The notes beneath the pieces are model-generated. The model saw only the letters and a list, made by a program, of their open reading frames with translations, was not told the DNA's origin and searched no databases. Below are positions 17,683-24,000 of a stretch of DNA of 24,000 bases, in pieces (the stretch's first letter is position 1; every line of letters starts with the position of its first letter). Source of the DNA: Nitrososphaerota archaeon. Lineage in GTDB: Archaea; Thermoproteota; Nitrososphaeria_A; Caldarchaeales; Wolframiiraptoraceae. A program made the position numbers and the translations under genes. Location of the stretch: positions 1 through 24,000 of the forward strand of contig JAGGRY010000006.1 of assembly GCA_021159365.1 (NCBI GenBank). The letters run 5' to 3'.

Positions 17683-18477
17683 ATGGAGCCTTGGTCCATT
17701 GCTGTGGCGGCTTCAGCGATCTTTGCAACATCTTCGGTTTTCTCCATGTTTGGTAGAGGAGGTGGAGAGTTCTATCTGTTGATAATGTTGTCTACTCTGT
17801 CCCTGACATATTATACATGCGCGGGAATGAGTCTCTTCTTGATAATGTTGCAAGGTCTCTCGATGATCATAGTATATCATGGAAAGCATAGATTTGTCGA
17901 CTGGGGGTTGGCTATAGTGCTGGGTCTGATAGTTGGAGTATGCTCGTTCTTGGGAGGATTTCTCTCATATAAGATTCCAGCATATCTTCTAAAGACATCA
18001 TTCTCAATATTCTTACTGATCTCAGCGTATTTCATCTACAAGGGGATCTATGTTAAGTCTGTTAAAAGCAGATTTGGAATATGGACGAGAAAACTTGGAG
18101 ACAATACCTATCGCGTAAACATACTATACATCACACTTCCAGTAGCCGTGGCAGCCTTTACGGCGGGAATGGTCGGAATCTCTGGAGGCGGACTGATCAT
18201 ACCTATATGTGTTCTATTAGGAGGAGTTCCGATCAGAATAGCGATGGGAACAAATACATTCCTGGTTTTAACGTCGTCAACTATGTCCTTCGCAGGCCAC
18301 CTAATTAGAGGAGGATTCGACCCGATCTTAGGAGGAATATTTGGCTGCGTGGTGATCGTGGGGGCTCAGATAGGATCTAGATTTCATGTCAAGATAGGTG
18401 AGAGGACCTTGAGAAAAGCTTTCTCATTAATATTGGTTGTGGCAGCCGCATGGATGCTTCTCAAGATGTTTCTTTAG
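17683..18477 (+). CDS. TauE/SafE (DUF81) family membrane permease
   Basis: 264 aa multi-TM protein with AGMVGISGGGLIIPICVLLGGVPIRIAMGTNTFLVLTSSTMSFAGHL. Confidence 0.82.
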   Translation: MEPWSIAVAASAIFATSSVFSMFGRGGGEFYLLIMLSTLSLTYYTCAGMSLFLIMLQGLSMIIVYHGKHRFVDWGLAIVLGLIVGVCSFLGGFLSYKIPAYLLKTSFSIFLLISAYFIYKGIYVKSVKSRFGIWTRKLGDNTYRVNILYITLPVAVAAFTAGMVGISGGGLIIPICVLLGGVPIRIAMGTNTFLVLTSSTMSFAGHLIRGGFDPILGGIFGCVVIVGAQIGSRFHVKIGERTLRKAFSLILVVAAAWMLLKMFL

Positions 18478-18591
18478 AAATGTGTTTGGCTCAGACGGGT
18501 AAGTCAAGGTCATCGCATAGCTCCCGTGACTCCCCCATCTTCATAGCCCGCTATCCTATTATGTTGGAATGAAATATTAAATATTCCTCGT

Positions 18592-19560
18592 TTATAGACC
18601 AAATCTCTTAAAATCTATCTCTATCGGCCTGTTCTTCTTCATGGATTCTAGAATGGATTCAGCTATTATAACGGCCTTTGTTCCATCGATTGCATCCACC
18701 AAAGGCTTCTTACGACTCAATAAGGATTCGATAAAATGACTTAACTCGATTCTCAAGGGCTCCTTCCACTTTAAGATAGGTTCGATGACGACGTCTGCCT
18801 TTTCCAAGGAGATTACTTGAGTTAAAAATTGTATTGAGATCACGCCCTCATTTCCAGTTATAAGCATCTCACGCTTCTTTCTCGGAGTCAGCCAATTGGC
18901 CTCGATGAACGCAACCCTCAACTCGTCTTCAAATGTCATTATCGCTTGAACGTGATCTTCAAATCTGTGTCTTAGGCTTCCTCCTCTAGCGTAAACGCCG
19001 GCAGGTTCTTGTCCAAAGATGTATCTAGTCAGGTCTATGTCATGTATCGCTGTATCCTTTACCACTCCCACATCACCTATTCTCTGTGGCCACCAGCCGA
19101 TCCTCCTACCATGAGACATTATCACCTCGCCTATCTCACCGGCTCTTAGAAGTTCAATCGCCTTGCTTACAGCCGGGTTGAATCTCTCAATAAATCCGGT
19201 CATGACAAATCTATTATTGGATCTCGCGGCATCAATGATCTTTAAACACCCATCTGGATTCGAGGCCAAGGGCTTTTCGACGAAGACGTTCAACCCCGAT
19301 TCTAAGATTCTCACCGTTATCTCTGCGTGACTAACGGAGGGTGTGCACACGGTTACAGCGTCCAGTTCTTCCTTGTTCAACATATCGTCTAGATTTTGAT
19401 AGTAATTTGGGACTCCGAATTTCTTAGCGACATATTTCGCCTTTTCGAGATCTATGTCGCAGACCGCCTTCACCTCGGCTGACTCAAGCTCTCTCAGAAC
19501 TCTTACGTGATTACTTCCCCAAAAGCCTACGCCGACCACGCCTATCTTAAGCTTCATCAA
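18592..19560 (-). CDS. Gfo/Idh/MocA-family NAD(P)-dependent oxidoreductase
   Basis: 322 aa; KIGVVGVGFWGSNHVRVL Rossmann motif, VEKPLA, HDIDLTRYIFG. Confidence 0.9.
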   Translation of the reverse strand: MMKLKIGVVGVGFWGSNHVRVLRELESAEVKAVCDIDLEKAKYVAKKFGVPNYYQNLDDMLNKEELDAVTVCTPSVSHAEITVRILESGLNVFVEKPLASNPDGCLKIIDAARSNNRFVMTGFIERFNPAVSKAIELLRAGEIGEVIMSHGRRIGWWPQRIGDVGVVKDTAIHDIDLTRYIFGQEPAGVYARGGSLRHRFEDHVQAIMTFEDELRVAFIEANWLTPRKKREMLITGNEGVISIQFLTQVISLEKADVVIEPILKWKEPLRIELSHFIESLLSRKKPLVDAIDGTKAVIIAESILESMKKNRPIEIDFKRFGL

Positions 19561-19628
19561 CTCAAGGGAAATTTACTGACTCTTAAGCCTTAAAACTGAG
19601 ATAAAACCAGCGCATCTCGTTTAATCGC

Positions 19629-19877
19629 TTATTCTTTTAACAAGATCTTGTATAGCCAAATCTTAGTCAAGGTATACCAGATTAGAATCCAAACCATAAA
19701 TGTCGTTATCCCCACAATCACCCTCAACACGCTGGCCAACAGGTTTTGAGAAGCCTGCTCTATGGCTGGAAAAAGTGTTGCCGCGAGAATATAGGAGACT
19801 AAAAGGAAGGTGACCCACACTACCGCGAGAAGCCCTAAAACAGCAGCGAGGTTTCTCAAGAACTTCATTAGATCCAA
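19629..19877 (-). CDS. Small integral membrane protein, unknown function
   Basis: 82 aa with two clear hydrophobic segments; its 5' end overlaps the 3' end of the upstream glycosyltransferase gene by 10 bp. Confidence 0.7.
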   Translation of the reverse strand: MDLMKFLRNLAAVLGLLAVVWVTFLLVSYILAATLFPAIEQASQNLLASVLRVIVGITTFMVWILIWYTLTKIWLYKILLKE

Positions 19878-20866
19878 ACCTCCACTAGGAAGAGATCTGT
19901 AAGAATGGCGAAGATTGCGGTGAATATCGCCAGCATTCCCATCATATAGGCCATCGCCTTCTCGCTAACCTTGGCTCCTGCGCTTAGAAGTCTAACCAAC
20001 GTTATCGGCGCATTCCTATCCCTAGAAGCAGTCAAAAATCCATTCACGAACTTAACAGGTCTACTCTTAACTTCTTTCGCAGATCTTATTCCACCTATCG
20101 AGAATATCACGTGCATCTCATTCATTATTTGCGGTAAGAGGGCGATTATGGCCGCAACCTCCATTCTCCCAATAATGGCGATCGAAGCCATTAACCCGCC
20201 TATAAAGAGGCTTCCAGAGTTTCCCGGAAATATCCTCGCCGGATATCTGTTATACGGTATCATGGCTATCAGGATTGAGATGCAGATCATCGACATAGTT
20301 AAGATGAATACATCCCCTCGAAGATAGGCTATGATTAAGCTCATGGCGAAAAATGGAATCGAGGTATAGATCATGGACCCATTCAATACGTCGACGCTGT
20401 TAACTGCATTACAGGTTATCGGATAGGCCAACGCAACCAAGATCGGATAGATTTTGTATAGCCTAGTCCTACCTATGAAGGGAATCACAGGTCTAGGAGT
20501 ATAGCTTCCAGTGATCAGGATCGGGATCGAGGCCAAGAGTAGGAGGGTGGGCTTAAGCTTTGGATTCAACTCGCCTCTAAGATCCTCCAAGAATCCTATG
20601 AAACCCGCGATAAGCCCCGTTGAAAGAAATATTAGCGAAGAAAACTCCCAATTAAGGAGCATATGAACGAGTAATGCAATCAATGATCCAAGAATCAAGG
20701 CTAAGCCACCGGTCTTCGGGATCACCGGCTTCGAGGGTTTATGAACATCTACTCCAACTATGCTGATTCTCCTTCCAAGTCTAATCATGAGAGGAGTCAC
20801 CGCAATCACTGTGAGAAATGAAACCAATGCTTCAAGCATTTTATCAAAGATTTCCTCGAAATTCAA
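19868..20866 (-). CDS. Glycosyltransferase family 4 / MraY-like phospho-N-acetylhexosamine-1-phosphate transferase
   Basis: 332 aa multi-TM; DVHKPSKPVIPKTGGLALILG, GFIGFLEDLRGEL, NAVNSVDVLNGS, PGNSGSLFIGG. Confidence 0.88.
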   Translation of the reverse strand: MNFEEIFDKMLEALVSFLTVIAVTPLMIRLGRRISIVGVDVHKPSKPVIPKTGGLALILGSLIALLVHMLLNWEFSSLIFLSTGLIAGFIGFLEDLRGELNPKLKPTLLLLASIPILITGSYTPRPVIPFIGRTRLYKIYPILVALAYPITCNAVNSVDVLNGSMIYTSIPFFAMSLIIAYLRGDVFILTMSMICISILIAMIPYNRYPARIFPGNSGSLFIGGLMASIAIIGRMEVAAIIALLPQIMNEMHVIFSIGGIRSAKEVKSRPVKFVNGFLTASRDRNAPITLVRLLSAGAKVSEKAMAYMMGMLAIFTAIFAILTDLFLVEVWI

Positions 20867-20907
20867 GGTAAAAAATCTTAATTAACCATGAAGCATGATG
20901 AACTTAC

Positions 20908-22107
20908 ATGGCCTTCCCCTTCAAGAATTTAGAAGATTTTAAAATAGAATTTGAGCCGAGACATGAAGAGCTGAGAATCAGGGCTAGGAGATTTGCAGAG
21001 ATAGAGCTTAAGCCTAGGCTGTTCAGGATCGAGAAGACGGGAAAAATTCCAAGAGAACTCATTAGAAAGGCTGGGGCTGAGGGGTTTCTAGGAATAGGTA
21101 TTCCGAAAATTTATGGAGGAGTTGAAGGAGACTTAAGGGATCTAGCAATAGTGATCGAGGAGATAGCTAGAATATCTCCAGCCTTCGGCCTAACAATCCT
21201 CGTCACATATCTCTTTACAATTCCGGTACTCCTACATGGAACAGAGGAGCAGAAAAAGCTTCTAAAGAAGATCGTTCAAGGAGAGACTTACGCATGCCAC
21301 GCAGCCACAGAGCCTGGAGGCGGAAGCGACCTCGCAGGAATAAGAAGTATTGCGAGGAGAAGTGAAGGTGGATGGATTCTGAGAGGCCATAAGAGATTCA
21401 TCTCCGGAGTTGATTGGGCTGATTACTTCCTAATCCTAGCAAGAGCGTTAGACGCCTCGCCTGAAAAACGGTCAAGAAATTTAACATTCTTCATTATCGA
21501 GAGAGGTCATGAGAAATTAAGGATAATTCTCGATGAATGCATGGGTGCTAGAGGATTGAGCGTGGGACAGATAATAATGAAGGATGTATATGTTCCAGAT
21601 TCAAACGTCCTAGGAGAAATCGGCCAAGGACTCAAAATAGCTTTAGAAACGTATTCGAGGATGAGGATCGGGGCAGCTGCTCTCGCAGTCGGAATAATAC
21701 AATCATCTCTCGAAAGCTCTCTAAGATACTCGCTGAGGAGAAGAGCATTCGGCAAACCCATCATAGAATTCCAATCAAACCAATTCAAAATAGTTGATGT
21801 CCTCAGCAAGCTCACGGCATCAAGACTCATGCTTTATTGGGCAGCAAATATTTCCAAGCGTTCTCCAAGAGATCTTCCGATAGCTTCTTCGATGGCCAAA
21901 CTATATTCTTCTGGAGCTGCCGAAGATTCCGCGATCAAGGCCATAGAGATTCATGGAGGCCTAGGAGTCTTGGTCAACGCCCTCATCGAGAGATTCCTGA
22001 GAGATTCGGAGATAGTTAAGATGATTGAAGGAACTGGAGAGATCCAGAGAATAATCATATTTAGAGAGTTATTGAAGAGGATGGAAATGCTTAAAGACTA
22101 TTATTGA
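20908..22107 (+). CDS. Acyl-CoA dehydrogenase family protein
   Basis: 399 aa; CHAATEPGGGSDLAGI, GHKRFISGVDWADYFL, IEIHGGLGVL, IVKMIEGTGEIQRIII. Confidence 0.92.
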   Translation: MAFPFKNLEDFKIEFEPRHEELRIRARRFAEIELKPRLFRIEKTGKIPRELIRKAGAEGFLGIGIPKIYGGVEGDLRDLAIVIEEIARISPAFGLTILVTYLFTIPVLLHGTEEQKKLLKKIVQGETYACHAATEPGGGSDLAGIRSIARRSEGGWILRGHKRFISGVDWADYFLILARALDASPEKRSRNLTFFIIERGHEKLRIILDECMGARGLSVGQIIMKDVYVPDSNVLGEIGQGLKIALETYSRMRIGAAALAVGIIQSSLESSLRYSLRRRAFGKPIIEFQSNQFKIVDVLSKLTASRLMLYWAANISKRSPRDLPIASSMAKLYSSGAAEDSAIKAIEIHGGLGVLVNALIERFLRDSEIVKMIEGTGEIQRIIIFRELLKRMEMLKDYY

Positions 22108-22114
22108 TTGATCA

Positions 22115-22717
22115 GTGTTGAGAGAAGAGTTGAGGCTAGCAATAGCAACGATAATATCATACGCGGCCTTTCAGATAATCCCTCTACTATTGATAGCTCT
22201 CTTCTCAGGATTATCACTCGAATACGCGGCAATAATATCCATGATCTTGGCCATGCTCATCTCCGCGATTCCATCCAGCATTCTGCTTAAGAACTCAAAT
22301 ATCTCATTTCTCCCCCCATTGATCGGCGGCTCAATATCACTTTTAATCCTGATACTTTTATCCAGCACTCAAGCAATTCCCTCGGATCTTACCTCACCAT
22401 ATCTTCAACTATATTATATGATAACAGCCGTTATAGCATCTGGATTATCAGTCACCCTCTCGAAAATATATCCCAAACCTGTCGTAAAAGGTGTTGAGGA
22501 AATCAAGGAGGTCAAAGTTGAGGAAGAAGTGAAGGCCGAAGAAATCGTTAAGAAGGAAGAGAAACCTCCAGAAAGAGTTGAGGAGGAAATGGCGAGGATT
22601 GAAGAAACCCCGAAACCCAAATTCATCAAATGCCCTCACTGCGGCCGATCAATTCCCTCAGACTCCATCTTCTGCCCATTATGCGGTGGAAAGATTGGAG
22701 AGAAGAATGAAGGATGA
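22115..22717 (+). CDS. Membrane protein with charged linker and C-terminal zinc ribbon (GTG start)
   Basis: 200 aa; about four hydrophobic N-terminal segments, K/E-rich linker, CPHCGRSIPSDSIFCPLCGGKI. Confidence 0.7.
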   Translation: MLREELRLAIATIISYAAFQIIPLLLIALFSGLSLEYAAIISMILAMLISAIPSSILLKNSNISFLPPLIGGSISLLILILLSSTQAIPSDLTSPYLQLYYMITAVIASGLSVTLSKIYPKPVVKGVEEIKEVKVEEEVKAEEIVKKEEKPPERVEEEMARIEETPKPKFIKCPHCGRSIPSDSIFCPLCGGKIGEKNEG

Positions 22718-23601
22718 ATCTGAGGTTTCTCGCCTCGGATAGCCTTGGAACTAGAAGCATGTGCTCTCTAATCGAGACAGAATATGGTAGAATAATGATA
22801 GATCCTGGAGCAGCTCTAGGTCCACGAAGATATGGATTGAGGCCGCATGAGATAGAATTTGAAACATTGAAGAAGCATAAGGAGAAGATCGCTGAAGAGG
22901 CGGAAGACGTAGATCTCTTCATAATAACTCACTATCATTACGATCACTTCCCAAGACCCTCTGAGAACATAGAGTGGCTCAAGGGGAAAAGGATACTCAT
23001 AAAGGATCCATCAAACATGATAAACTTCAGCCAAAGATGGAGATCAAAAATATTCCTCGATAAACTTAGAAAGGTTGGAGCTAAGCCAAAGGTCGCGGAT
23101 TCCAAGAGATTCAGGCTTGGAAGATGTAAGATTAAGTTTTCCAACCCAGTTAAACACGGAAACGATGAAAGACTTGGATATATCCTCGAAGTCTTGATCG
23201 AAACCGATGATGGGAGAATTCTATATACATCGGATGTTGAGGGAATAGTTGACGACGATCAACTGAACTTCATCTTAAAGAGCGAGCCGAACATAGTAAT
23301 CTGCGATGGCCCAATGACTTACATGCTCGGAACCAGATTCAGCGAAATGGACCTCAAGAAATCCATTCTAAATTTAGTTAAAGTTTTGAATATGGAAACG
23401 GTTGAGGTCTTAATTTTAGATCACCATCTCTTAAGAGATCTTGAATGGAAGACGTGGCTTAAATCCATATTTGAAGAGAGTGAAATCTTGAACAAAAAGG
23501 TGCTCACCGCCGCATCATATATGGGTGTAGAAGAGAATCTATTAGAAGCTAGAAGGAGAGAACTTTACGGAATTCAACCAAGTAAGCCATCTAATCTATA
23601 G
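22714..23601 (+). CDS. UPF0282-like metallo-beta-lactamase-fold hydrolase
   Basis: 295 aa; IDPGAALGPRRYGLRPHEIE, THYHYDHFPRP, LYTSDVEG, LILDHHLLRDLEWK. ATGA overlap with upstream gene. Confidence 0.87.
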   Translation: MNLRFLASDSLGTRSMCSLIETEYGRIMIDPGAALGPRRYGLRPHEIEFETLKKHKEKIAEEAEDVDLFIITHYHYDHFPRPSENIEWLKGKRILIKDPSNMINFSQRWRSKIFLDKLRKVGAKPKVADSKRFRLGRCKIKFSNPVKHGNDERLGYILEVLIETDDGRILYTSDVEGIVDDDQLNFILKSEPNIVICDGPMTYMLGTRFSEMDLKKSILNLVKVLNMETVEVLILDHHLLRDLEWKTWLKSIFEESEILNKKVLTAASYMGVEENLLEARRRELYGIQPSKPSNL

Positions 23602-23904
23602 CTCTGTATAATTCGCTGGGGAGATCATTTAGAATAATATGAATAGAGGCTGTTTCATAATACGCGTAATAATTCCGCACAACAACTCGTTCTTTTTGAC
23701 CTCCTTAAGGTTTGCGTATTCTTTTTCTAACAAATTGAAAATACTCGGTTTGATGCGGTTTTAAGATCATCTCGTTGGTTAGCGTTAAGTTGAGGATGCG
23801 ACTAAAGGAAGAAGGGTAATAAGGGAGAGTTAGGCGAGTATGTGAGGCTTAGATGATAGGCTATACTACTTTAAGACCGTGAAGGAAACTATTCTTGGTG
23901 TGGG

Positions 23905-24000
23905 ATGAGCCTCCTCGATGAAGAGAGCGTCTTAAACATGCTCGCGAAGCCTATAGTCAAGGCGTTTAAGGAGAGATTTAAGCATCTGACTGAGCCTCAG
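23905..24000 (+). CDS. N-terminus of a probable Lhr-like/SF2 helicase, truncated by window end
   Basis: Own translation from ATG 23905: MSLLDEESVLNMLAKPIVKAFKERFKHLTEPQ; the ...F...LTEPQ segment resembles the region just before motif I in Lhr-like helicases. Only 32 codons visible. Confidence 0.5.
   Translation, partial: MSLLDEESVLNMLAKPIVKAFKERFKHLTEPQ

Noticed and set aside
21507-21830. 107 aa minus-strand ORF inside the acyl-CoA dehydrogenase
   Set aside because: Antisense to a well-conserved enzyme.
22171-22922. Several minus-strand ORFs (65, 71, 63 and 98 aa) around the zinc-ribbon and MBL genes
   Set aside because: All shadow coupled plus-strand genes; Phe-rich runs result from antisense reading of the K/E-rich linker.
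1-24000. CRISPR array, prophage, toxin-antitoxin or known defence island
   Set aside because: No direct repeats with regular spacers, no cas, integrase, transposase, capsid or toxin motifs were found in the reading of the sequence and ORF track.

Overview
The window is a gene-dense, mostly housekeeping stretch of a (hyper)thermophilic archaeal chromosome, probably TACK-like. The lineage is inferred from gene content only. I see no CRISPR array, prophage or intact mobile element. Recognisable genes: HerA/DUF87-like ATPase, roadblock/LC7 protein, metallophosphoesterase, long FKBP-type PPIase, proteasome beta subunit next to aCPSF1, LSm + L37e, argininosuccinate lyase, a peptide-modifying-type radical SAM/SPASM enzyme, a nucleotidyltransferase/CDP-alcohol phosphotransferase fusion with an extra membrane domain converging on inositol-1-phosphate synthase, PadR regulator + V4R protein, DUF211 + CCC1/VIT1-like transporter, MtnA, TauE/SafE-like permease, a Gfo/Idh/MocA - small membrane protein - GT4/MraY-like glycan cluster, an acyl-CoA dehydrogenase, a membrane zinc-ribbon protein + UPF0282-like MBL protein, and the start of a probable helicase. 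Five tRNA genes were read directly: Leu-TAA, Ala-GGC, Ile-GAT, Asn-GTT and Ser-GCT. Three carry an anticodon-loop intron and none encodes CCA. The most interesting leads are the three-part inositol-phosphate enzyme, the translationally coupled DUF211-CCC1 pair, the PadR/V4R pair, the solitary radical SAM enzyme without an obvious substrate peptide, and small uncharacterised genes tied to conserved genes. I did not find compelling evidence for a wholly new multigene system.
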